DNA of 64,000 nucleotides from Protoeuglena noctilucae (Eukaryota), in contig OY253689.1 of NCBI GenBank assembly GCA_958009085.1, positions 1 to 64,000 of the forward strand, read 5' to 3'. Positions within the stretch are counted from its first letter, which is position 1. Each line of letters starts with the position of its first letter. The notes under the pieces are model-generated. The model was not told the origin of the DNA. It was given only the letters and a program-made list of their open reading frames with translations, and made no database searches. Of this stretch, positions 13,329 to 24,353 are shown piece by piece. The position numbers and the translations under genes are program-made.

Positions 13329-13731
13329 AACCTGATGATTAGGGTTCCGCCGATGCGATCCACGCGACGAAACCGCGAGTCATTTACACCTTCGACGTGG
13401 CCTCCGGTGCTGTAGCGGTGCTGTGAGGGGCGCATGATCGGCTTGTGCCCTTGCTCTGGCCCCCGTGTCCGCCTCCCGACGTGCGGGTCCTCCGCGCGGT
13501 CGACGAGCCGCTTCAAGAGATCTTAGTGCGCGAAGAAGGTGAGGGCAGGGGTTGACGAGGCCTGGGTGGTCTCCGTTTCGACCGGAGCGGACCCGTTGTT
13601 ATGCGTTCACATGGCGAGTCGATCGGCTCAACGACCCGCCCGCCGAGCGACCAAGCCATCGCCAACGTTTTTCGCTGCGTCACAGGCTTGCCAGCATCTG
13701 CGGCTGACGGCGGCCGCCCCGGCTCCGACCC

Positions 13732-15882
13732 GATGGTTGTCGCGCACGGGCATGCGGGTGCCCGCGCCGTAGCAAGCCGGCAGAACCTCGATCGCGCGGT
13801 AAAGACCAAAAAGGATTACCGTGAAGGGAAAGATGACCTCACCTTCCTCCAGGAGCTTGGGGAAGGCACCACTGTCTTCACAAAGGGCAAGAAGGGGACG
13901 GTCTCTGTGGGGATGGTCTCTGTCAGGGACAAGCGCTGGGGCATCATGCTCGGGGACAAACTCTGCACCCTCACGGAGTTCGAGCAACTGACCGTTGGAA
14001 ATTTCAAACACCCATGTAACAACATATTCACAGAGTTCAAGGGCAACGTTGTAACTCTGTGCTTTCTGAAAGAGAAGTGGGGATTTAAGCCCTCTAGAGG
14101 TGAGGAGACCGAGCAACGCAGCGCGCATAGAGATAAATGCTTGTACACGCAATAACCAACCATGGCCCCCTGCGTGCAGGTGCGGCCCTGGCAGGCGGGG
14201 CGGGTGGTGGTGCTGCGGCTGGGTCGGGTGGTGGCACAGCAGCTGGGGCAGCCCAGGCAGGAGGGGCGGGTGGTGGCACAGCAGCTGGGGCAGCCCAGGC
14301 AGGAGGGGCGGGTGGTAGCGCAGCGGCTGGGGTGGCCCGGGCAGGAGGGGCGGGTGGTAGCGCAACGGCTGGGGTGGCCGATGGTGGCGCAGCGCGCAAG
14401 CGGAGATGCGACGCGGCAGGGGACGGAAGGCGCACCAAGAAATCCCGAAACAACGGTGAGCTGCTCCTTCAACGCCGCGAGATGTCATGGTCCGTTCTGT
14501 GCTTCGTCATGAGCACCGCAAACATGAAGTACTCTCTTCCTCGCAGCGCCCGGTGTCGTGCAAGGCCAGGAGCTGGGCGAGGCGGGCGGGTCAGGGGTCG
14601 CCTTGGACGCCGCGCCAGGTGCCTTGCGCCTGGGCCAGCTGCAGCGTGCGTGCTCTGAGTCGCCTGGCTGACACTGCGCTTCGTTGTCCGCATCACAGGC
14701 CTCCAGCAGGGCTTGGCCAATCGATCCAGGGATCCCCTGCCTGGGGCCGAGGACGCTGACGCTGTGCTGGCCGAGAACAGGGAGTCAACTCAGAGACTTA
14801 ATGAGTTTGTGCGCAAGCTCCAGGCTGAGCTCTATAGCACGCGGGAGGAGCAGGTGAGAGGCGCGGGGGCAGTGCTGTGTGCTGAGTTGTGAGGGTCTCA
14901 GGGCGGCTGTGACCGAACGCTCGTCTGCGATGTCTGCAGAGGCAGCAGGAGGTGGCCAAGGCCGACGCTGTGCGGCAGAGGGACGCGGCTGAGGTGGCCA
15001 AGGCCGACGCTGTGCGGCAGAGGGACGCGGCTGAGGCGGTGCAGGCCACGGCAGAGCGCACGGCGATGGAAGAGAGGGCTGCGAGGGAGCAGGAGAGGGC
15101 TCTCAAGGAGCAGGCGGTGCACGAGTTGGGGGTGGAGAGGGCTGCGAGGGAGCAGGAGAGGGCTGCGAAGGAGTTGGTGGAGCGCGAGTTGGGGGAGGAG
15201 AGGGCTGCGAGGGAGCAGGAGAGGGCTGCGAGGGAGCAGGAGAGGGCTGCGAAGGAGCAGGAGAGGGCTGCGAAGGAGCTGGTGGAGCGCGAGTTGGGGG
15301 AGGAGAGGGCTGCGAGGGAGCAGGAAAGGGCTGCGAAGGAGCAGGAGAGGGCTGCGAAGGAGCTGGTGGAGCGCGAGTTGGGGGAGGAGAGGGCTGCGAG
15401 GGAGCAGGAGAGGGCTGCCAAGGAGTGGGCGGTGCGTGAGGTGGGGGAGGAGAGGGCTGCGAGGGAGCAGGAGAGGGCTGCGAAGGAGTTGGTGGAGCGC
15501 GAGTTGGGGGAGGAGAGGGCTGCGAGGGAGCAGGAGAGGGCTGCGAGGGAGCAGGAGAGGGCTGCGAAGGAGCTGGTGGAGCGCGAGTTGGGGGAGGAGA
15601 GGGCTGCGAGGGAGCAGGTGGAGCGCGAGTTGAGGGAGGAGAGGGCTGCGAGGGAGCGGGCGAAAGAGGCCCTGCAGGCTGTGCAGATCGAACTGGTGAG
15701 CCTAAGCCCGTGACACAGCACTGCGGCCGACTCGTGTAGGCCTTGGACTGTGACCGTGACTTGATTGGCCCCCTCTCTCTCTCTGGCAGGAGACGGAGAA
15801 GAGGGTCGCTGACATCTGGAGGGAGGTGGTACAGATAGCAGAAAGGAAAGGCGGTTTCCCAATGGCCCACCTTGATCCCTGA
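13732..15882 (+). CDS. Putative nuclear protein: SAND/TDBD-like domain, Gly/Ala repeats, basic NLS-like motif and long heptad coiled coil; 6 exons
   Basis: [30 protein letters not shown] resembles a degenerate SAND core. GT-AG introns near 14100-14179, 14456-14546, 14619-14698, 14854-14939 and 15697-15789 join in frame. RKRR...RRTKKSR is NLS-like. Stop TGA at 15880-15882. Confidence 0.6.
14185..14380 (+). repeat. 42-bp coding tandem repeat ([14 protein letters not shown] units, ~4 copies)
   Basis: gccc(a/g)ggcaggaggggcgggtggt recurs at 14251, 14293 and 14335, with a degenerate copy near 14185. Confidence 0.85.
14949..15660 (+). repeat. Coding minisatellite: 42-bp duplication followed by an array of 21-bp heptad units
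   Basis: [14 protein letters not shown] x2 (14949-15032), then gagagggctgcgagggagcag-type units encoding [28 protein letters not shown]. Confidence 0.95.
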
Positions 15883-16089
15883 CAGCCAGGGTACGACCGC
15901 AAGGCACAAGTAGCATATCATATGAGCCTCACGCTGACTACTGGATTTCGCGCTGCCGTCTAAACTTTGGTTTCCTCGAGCGCAGTCGTCGAGAGTAGCT
16001 AGCTGCCAGCAGCTGCGCCCGACTTCAAGCGAGTCCAGCTCACATACAGAGCGTTGCAGCACGCGCGTCTCCACTCGCCAGCGGTGATG

Positions 16090-19000
16090 CTAGATGAGCC
16101 CCATGGACCGCAGCTGGTCGGGCGCCGGCCCCGCGTCCCCACGGTCCCCCTGCCCCCGCGCCCCCCCCAGCGCCTCCCGCAGACCCTGGAAGTCCCCCCG
16201 GGCACCGCACCGCCCCCTGGGCCCCCCCGTGTCGTACCCCACCTGCTGCGACGCGTCCAGGGGAGCGTCCTCCTCTGCCGCAGCCGCCCTGGCCGCCCTG
16301 GCCGCGCGGCGGGGCGCCCGCCCACCCCGCGCCGCCCTCCGCGGGGGGGGGGGCGCCATGGCCCGCGCCCTCCCCCCCTCGTCCGCCTGGGAGAGGGGCA
16401 GCGCCGCGGCGGCCAGGGGGCTCCCCCGGGGGCTGCCCGACTGCAGGGCGTCGGCGATGCGGTCCATGTGCTCGACCATGAAGGCCGTCGTGGCCTCGGT
16501 GCCCACCGCGACGGCGTCCGTGCGGGGGCGCTTGGGCGGGGCCTCCGCGGTCGGCGCGGGGGGCGCCCGGGACGAGGAGATGCCGTTGATGCTGCTGCCA
16601 GCAGGGGTCGCAGTGACTGGGGGGCGTGGTGCAGGTGCCGCATCGACGGCGCTCGGATCCGGCCCCTTCTGTGTTTTGACTCTGGATGCCGGCTGGTCCC
16701 CCTTCTCTGCGCCCCGGCTGGCTGCCGCTGCCGCGCTCTGCCGCACGGCCCTCTCCAGCCGAGACTCGGGGACCTCCCGGGGGCGCGGAGTCGAGTGTAA
16801 CGATGACGGTGCGGCGGGTGAAGGGGCGGGGACGTCGCGTGGGGTGGCAGCCACGTGGCCCTGCATGCAGTGCGGGGGCAGGGCGTGGGTGAAGAAAGCA
16901 TGGCCCTTGTCGCAGCTCTATATGCAACCCGCACGCACCCCACCGACACTGCAGCCGCACCTGGGGTCGGAAGAGCCCCGGGTCCGGCAGCCTGCCCTTG
17001 TGAGCCGCCTCGTACAGCCACGACAGCCGCACCGGCTCCACCCCAAAGCGCCTACAGGCGGCGTACTTGTCACCCACGGCGCTGCAGAGCGGGGAGGAGA
17101 TGAGCATATGCAGAGGAGTCACTTTGTCGACTTACAAGTCGCCCCCGTGCATGTCTCGCCTGTTGGCGATGAGGTGGGTGTTGGCGGCGGACATTTTCTT
17201 GGAGAAGCGCCCCCCCAGGGTGCGGACGAGGAGGCACGCGATGAGGCGCTCCTCCTGGTTGAGTCCGCTGGTGGTGGCGTGGACGGAGGCGAAGCCGGGG
17301 ACGGGAAGGGGGAAGGGGCGGGGCTGGAAGGCCACGCACTGGTCGGGGGGGTCGTAGCGGTGGACGCTGTCGCAGAAGAGCACCCAGTTGACATTGGCGA
17401 GACCTGCGGGGTGGACGGGGAATGGGATCGAGTCACGCAAGCGGAGGCGCCTTGATCTTGGTGTGCAGCTGCATGGCCCCCTCGATGGGTCACCTCGGAA
17501 GGCCAGGGTGCGCCCCTCGACGGTGTAGACCTTCCTCCTGGCCCTCTCCTGCTCCTCCGCGCTCATCGCCCAGTCCCCCACCACCGCCACCCCCGTCAGC
17601 CACCGCCCGGCCCCGGGGGGCAGCCTGGGGAGCTCCTCAGCCAGGGTGCCGCCCCCCTGCACGGCCATCTCGCGGGCGTCAGCCACGGTCTGGGGATCGG
17701 AGCAGGCGGCCGCGAGGGGCGCCGTGTCGATGACCAGGCCGGTGAAGGGGCCGGGGTCGGCGGCGGGGGCAGCATGAGCCATGGCATGGGCCATGGATGG
17801 TGCAGCAGCGGGGGCAGGGGCTTGGGCTGGTGCTTGAGCGGTGGCAGTGGTTAAGGCGGTGGGGCGTGACAGGTCGACGAGGAATCGCGGGTCGGGTGCG
17901 TCGGTGGGACTAAAGAGGTCGACGAGGGTATTGCGGACTTGGCAGAGCTCCAGCCACTCCGCTGCAGGTGCAGAGGATAGGCAGCTGTGGGACACCGAGC
18001 CATATTTGGTAAATATACCAGTGTTTACTTGCATGCCTGCCATTCCAACCCCTTACCTGTCACGACGAGCATCCTCCCCCCATTGGCAGCGTGCAAGGCG
18101 CGGACTTCTGCCACCTCCTTAGCGGCCGCCCCGGGTCCCAGCACCAGATGCGTAACGGTGGGGCAGGGGCGAGGGACACTGCGGGACAGAGAGGGACCAC
18201 GCGTGCTGCACTGCCACTGCCATCACCCACGTCAGCAACCGTGCTGCCAGTCCCTCACCACAGCGCCCCGTGTCGCGACGCCTTGCCTAACAGCTCCCCC
18301 GCTCTCTGCAACGAGAACCCCACAAAGCAGAAGACCGTGTTTTCCAGGATGTTCGCCTCCTCCCCCTCAGAGGCACTGTCCGGGCACGGACCCTGCCAGA
18401 AGAGAGGGGTGATTGTTACAAGAGGCATTGCATAGATCCATAAGACGCCGACATAACAATCTCAAACGCACTCCCACCCTACTCTTGCTCCCCCTTACCT
18501 CGGCCAGCAGCCCCGGCACCATTGGCCCCACGTGCGCCACCCCCGCCTCCGCCTCCGCCTCTGCCATGACTGCATCCGCGCCGTCCCCCGACGGCCCCGC
18601 AACGGCGCCCCTGTCCCGTAACCCCGCCCCCGCCTCCCTCCCCTCCCTCGCCGGCCCCAGCGCCCCCCTGGCCCTGGCGTCCTGCACCGACCGCTGCACC
18701 AGGGCAGCCGCGGAGGCGGCCGTGGCGGCGCCGCCGGCCCTCAGCCCGTACGCCACGTCCTCCGGGTAAGGGTTCAAATCCCACTTGCGCGCCGCCGTGT
18801 CGGCCACCGTCTGCGGCGCAAAGGGCTCCCGCCCAGAGCCACGGGGGGGCAGGGGACTGCGGGGATAGAGGTGAGGGCTTGGCGTTGGCAAATTGACTGA
18901 GTGAGAGCGCCTGCACTGTGCAGCGGACCTGGGCGCATGCGCTCGTCTGTGAGATGGATCTCGCACTGCATCCATCCGCTCACGTGCCGACTGGGTAGGC

Positions 19001-19928
19001 CTCCTCCCGCACCCGCACCCCCCTCTCGATGCAGTCGTCCACCCATGCCCCCCCCACGATCCATATGTAGTGCGCCTTGGTCTCCACCCACTGCCGCGCC
19101 TGGCGGTACTTGTCCCCCACCGGCTCAGCACACACCAGGTGGGTGCACGCGGCCGTCATGCTGTTCTGGAAGGAGCCGCCGTGGGCCTGGATCTTCTGCC
19201 CGAGCAGCTCGCGGTCCTGGACAGCAAAGGGAGAGGGCGGTGAGACTGGCTGAGCGCAGCTGCCCCAGTGAGCAAAGTAGTGACACACAGCCGACGAAAC
19301 CAAACAGCGATCGCAGGTGACACCGCAACACGAGCTCTACGCTGTGTTAGACCAAGCCTAACACAAGGGGGTCGCTCCCACCAGGGACCCATGTGCACGC
19401 ACCCTGCCGACGTACTGGGAGACGGAGATGACGAGGCCGAGGAAGGGGGGCACGGGGAACGCGGCAAAGTCCAGGCGCTCGCCGGCAAGCAGGCTCTTAA
19501 CCAGCCAGTCCCGCGTGACGATGGGGACGCCGCGGTCCCGGCACTCCTGCAGGGCAGGGGCGAGGCCATGTCTGCGGGGCCCAGTGGGGCGCGCTGGGGG
19601 CCTGGTAACTGCAAAGCGGGATGCTCGCCGTGTATTTGGGTGAGTTGACGCCGTTCGCGATCAGCACGTCGACGGCGTCGTCCCGGCGGAGTGTTGCCAA
19701 GAAGGTGGCCCCCTGCGCCTCCACTTCCTGCTTCATGACCGCGTTCTCCTCCGCTTTGAACGCCCTGCGTGGATGTGAAACAAAGCATCGCAGTCGGCTG
19801 GCGGAAGGAGGTCCCGAACCGATGCAGGGAGCCGCGCGACGGAGTGGGTCTGGTCCGTGCGCAAACGAGCGGCCGCCTCACGTGGTGAGGACCTTCATCC
19901 CCGACAGGATCCCGCCGAGCTCCGTCAT
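16090..19928 (-). CDS. Multi-BRCT protein, TopBP1/MEI1/Dpb11-like; ~11 exons
   Basis: BRCT signatures DVLIANGVNSPKY|...VPIVTRDWL, HGGSFQNSMTAACTHLVC...KYRQARQW..IVGGAWVDDC, LGGRFSKKMSAANTHLI and KYAACRRFGVEPVRLSWLYE. C-terminal SQQVGYD motif. Confidence 0.8.
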
Positions 19929-20300
19929 GGGTCCATGCGCGGCGCCTCGACCCGGCCAGAGCGCCCGCGACGCGCTCAGTTCTGCGGGCCGCACAGCCCT
20001 GCACCGGGCACGCTGTGCGCCTCTCTCGACCGACGCGCCCCTCCCAGGTCCCGCGGGCAGTGTGAGCGATGAGATACGCAGATGGTTGAGCGGGAGGCAT
20101 ATGCCGAACACACGTTTTGGCCAGCCGCGGCCAACGGCACGCCAGCTGCCGTCAGGTGGCTCGCGTCAGGCGATGGAGCTGAGGGATTCAATCCTCCCGC
20201 AGCCCCAGTCCGCTCAAGAGCTAGGGAAATGCACGCTCCCCAGCGTCAGGTCCGTTCAGAAGAGTCTCTGCCTATGTCTAACGAGTGCCGTGCCTGCCCC

Positions 20301-21620
20301 TCAGGTCCAGATGGACCCAGTCAGCGACTTGCGGATCCACCACTCGGCGTGCTGCTCGCCCATCTCGATCAGCGCTGTGAGCTGCTCGTCGTCGTAGGGC
20401 CGCAGCGCCAGGGTGAGCAGCTGGCGCATGCTCGGGTGCGCCTCGCGGCCCAGGTCCTGGTTGAAGGCGTCTGGGCTGATGGCCACGCCCTCGGGGTAGA
20501 GGCCCGTCTCGGCCAGGCGCGCTTGCAGCGGGAAGCAGCAGACGCGGTAGCCGTGCTCCACGCCAGCTGCGGGGAAGGGCAGGTGGCTACTGTTAGAAGC
20601 GGGCCTCCACACATCGTGCCTATGGCCCCAGCCCCGGGCGGCCAGCGCCTCACCTGGTATCGGGATGAAGTTGGTGAGGCCTCCGTCGCAATACCACCCG
20701 TCCCGGAAGCGTCGGAACGGGCGGTGCCTGTCGAAGTACATGGGGATGTGGCAGCTGGTGAGCAGGGCCTGGATGAGGTCGTCCCGGTCCTTGAAGTCCG
20801 TGAGGAGCTCGGCCTTGCGCGTGGGCCAAAGGCGCGTCACCGCCACGTGCGTCACGCCCTGTGTGGAAGGTGTTCGAACCCGGTTGCTTTCACAACCACA
20901 CTCTGTCTGTTGCGCGCATGGCAGGGCAGGGCACTAGGTTGCCTGCTCCTCACCCGCACTCGGACGTGTGCGTCCTCAGGAAGAATCTCCTGCAGCATCC
21001 CCTCGAGGGTGCCGCGCAAGCGCCCGTACACGCCGTGCTTGCGCATGTCGGCCACCAGGTCCCGGCACGCCAACTCCACCTCCGCCATGGGCACCAGGGC
21101 GTTGCAGGCGCATATCAGCGACCCCGCAGAGGACCCGGCCATTCTGTGGGAGGGCAGGGCAAAGAGCCTCGCAGATAGCATAGCATGCCAGGCGGCCGAG
21201 GGGCACCCTCAGCGTAGAGCAGCGACCGGCCACGCCTCACTTGGTGCGGGGCGTGACGACGCCGTGCTGCTGCAGGCGCTTGATGATGCCGATGAAGTAG
21301 GGGAAGAGGAGGCCACCAGCGCTGAAGCCGAAGCCCACGTCGTCGGCCTGCAGGCCGGGCACGTAGACGGGCGGGGAGGCGCGCTCGCGGACTTGCGAGG
21401 TCGCCTGGGCCCGCCGCGTCCGAGTGGCAAGGATCCGGATGAGAGGGAAGTACGTCGGCTTGACGTTAATGTCCCGCGCGCCGAACTGGCCCGAGACGCC
21501 GGGGAGCGGCGACCCAGGGGTCATGGGCCGGGGAGACACGGACCGGAGGCCGCCGGCGCCGGCCTTCCCGGTCCCGGTGTCATTGCCACGGAAGCGCAGC
21601 TTGCGTAACAACTTGGACAT
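20301..21620 (-). CDS. Patatin-like phospholipase (PNPLA family); 4 exons
   Basis: FGFSAGGLLFPYFIG Gly-rich loop, MAGSSAGSL (GxSxG nucleophile), SCHIP and YCDGG (catalytic Asp). Confidence 0.9.
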
Positions 21621-22303
21621 GGCTCTCGTCGCTCCCCGAGCCGGACGAGCCGGCCAAGTTGGCCCGTGCGCAGCAACTCAGCCCCGTTGCAACCAATCCG
21701 AGGGTCGCGGGGACGCGACCGCACTCTGGTGGGTGTCACGTGTGTCGGAAAGAGCAGACTGCGAACGTCGAGGACGCCAATTCGTGAGCAAGCGAGGCTG
21801 ACGAGGATTGACGAGGACAGCAGATTAATCACCGAGCTTCCCGAGTCATTGGTTGCACACAAGATGCGAAGTAAGCGTCTGTGGATCCGCGAGATGCTTT
21901 CGGGGCCGCGTTGAGGCTGTGCAAGGGATGTCAGATGGGGTGTGCATGACTGCGAGGGACTTGCTCGCCCCTCGTCCTCCGATGCGTGCACTCTCCTCTC
22001 TGCGTCTTCCTTCAGGGGAGGCAGGCCACCGCTCGCTTTGTGGACGTCGTCTCCCTGTTCTGCTGACAAAACACGGTGTGCATGGTCCCCAGCGATTCCC
22101 TCCTCGCCGGTCGTGTCGCGCGTAGGAGCCAAGTGGAACGGGACGCGTTATAGCGTGGTGGGGATCGCTGTTCGGTAAGAGGTCCCGGTCTGGGGCCCGG
22201 TGCGCGGCATGCTCTTGCTCTCGCCCTGCCCGCCGACCGACGTGGCCACCGTTTGCGATTGCGTTTCGCGCAATCGCTCTCTTATTCTTGGTTGCAGGTC
22301 TGT

Positions 22304-24220
22304 ATGTCCCCGTGCTCGCGCGGCATGCCGCGGGCGACGTGTCTCGGGCTCTTCGCGACCTCGCTCGTCGGCGGAGCCCTCGGGGCGATTGCGCCGCAGC
22401 TCCATGCAGCGCCGATGTGCAGGTGAAGCGAGAACGATTGTGACGTACAAGACGTGGCCTCCATACCCTGTGAAACACCCGCCTCTGTCCGCGTCTGCGG
22501 CCCCAGTGATGTGACCTCTGCCTGTGGGGCCATCCCACGCCTGTCCGATGCCTCGGGTCCAACCCCCGCACACGCGCCTTCCTTGTGGGGCTGGAAGGTC
22601 GCGCTGGCGTTCGTGATTGGATTAGAGGGCTACCTGGGTGGTCTGCTCCCCACGCTCTTCCCTGCCCTGTGGACGCCGCGCGGCCGTGACGCCCTCTCCT
22701 TCCTGGCACTGGTCAGGTGACTGGCTTTCTTGCTGGCACTGGTTAGGTCTGTGCGTGAGTGGTGCTGGTCATGTCAGCAGGGCCACCACGCCACACCCAG
22801 CAGCCCTCTCCCCTTGCAGTGGTGGCATCTTCTTCGGCACAGCCATGCTCCACCTCGTCCCGGAGATGGTCGCGCTCCAATCCTCCCTCAACGGTGCGTC
22901 ACAGTACCCCCTGGGAAGCCTCATGGCCCTCGTGGGATTCTCCCTGGTCTTCGCCATCGAGCACGTCGTCTTTGGGGACGGCCACGACGACGGGGACCTG
23001 GCAGCGGCGGCCAAGCGGGGGGCGGGAGCAGTGAGCGCGGCGGACGAGGCGTCGGTGGAGCCCATCCTGGCGGGGCACGCACGAGAGGGGGGGTGGGAGC
23101 AGGCTGAGGGTGTGCGGAAGGGGGGGCTGGAGGCGGGGTCGATGGGGATTGAGCCGGGGACTGGGAAAGGGTGGGGGGAGGGGTCTGTGGGGGAGGCAGC
23201 ACATGGGCACGGGCACGGGCATGCACATCCACATGCACATACACATGGGCATGCACACGCGCATGCACATGAGCATGGCTGGGCCCGTGAGCACGTGCAT
23301 GGGGGTGACTCTTGGGGCGTGGATGGGGCAGGAGTGGCGCGTCGACAGAGCAGCGGGGACGCGGGGCCTGCGACGGGGACGTGGGGCGGGGGCTCCGTGC
23401 TTGGCGGGCCCCTCTCCGGCGCCCCCCGTCTGCGGCAGGTGCTGGTGCGCCGCCGCAATGCTGTGGTGCTGCTGGCGGCCCTGGTGGTGCACTCGGCGCT
23501 GGAGGGCGTGGCCCTGGGGGTGACGCAGTCGACCAGGGACCTGTGGGGCATTGCTGTGGCCATCCTGTCTCACAAGGCGAGGGGCGACGGGCAGGGGGAG
23601 AGGGACGGGGCTAACTAGCAAGCGGTGCCTTACACTGCAGGCCCCTGCCTTCCCTGCAGTTAGTATCGGACTCACTGGCGGTTGGTATCCGCTTCATCGC
23701 CCACGGTGCATCCAGGGCAGAGGTCGCGCTGTGGCTCATCCCCGTGGCACTCTCCAGGTCAGCGATGCAGCCAGTCACTGCTCTGCTTGCACCTCTCAAT
23801 GCCTTCCCAGCATCACCCTTCAGACCTTCCCCAACTGCTTGGCTGCGCCTCTGCACCCCACCCACCGCTCTCATCCCCCATCGCAGTCCCCTGGGCATCG
23901 CCGTGGGCATGGCCGCGTCGGGCGTCTCCGATGCCGCCTCCATGCTCCTCATGGGCGCCTCGGCGGGCACCTACCTCTACGTGGGGGCATTCGAGGTCCT
24001 GGCCCACGAGATGAGCCACCTCCCGCACCCCACGTGCCAGGAGTCGGTGTCGCAGACGGTCGTCGCCGTGGACGCCGCTGCGGGGGGGGCCGCTCCCTGC
24101 CCCGGGGGTCCCGTGGTGGGGCGGGGGCACGGGTCCAGCCGGCGGGCCAAGGCGCGCATGCTGTTGGCGTTTGTCCTGGGGTGGGGCGCCATGGCGGCCC
24201 TGTCCGTGTTTTCCGAATGA
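22304..24220 (+). CDS. ZIP family zinc/iron transporter with His-rich loop; 5 exons
   Basis: SGGIFFGTAMLHLVPE, HGHGHGHAHPHAHTHGH loop, LVVHSALEGVALG, AILSHK, SPLGIAVG and SAGTYLYVG. Signal-peptide-like first exon (start inferred). Confidence 0.9.
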
Positions 24221-24353
24221 TCGATGCGTCGAACACTGCATATCTCGCTGACATCTTTCAATCTCCAAGCATGCTTCAAGGAGCATGGCATCGACGGCAG
24301 CTCCGCGACGGATGTCAGGCTGTCGCGACCCATGCAGCGCATTGGCACCCGCG

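Noticed and set aside
14949..15660. CRISPR-like repeat array
   Set aside because: There are no unique spacers. The units are in-frame coding heptads within a eukaryotic exon.
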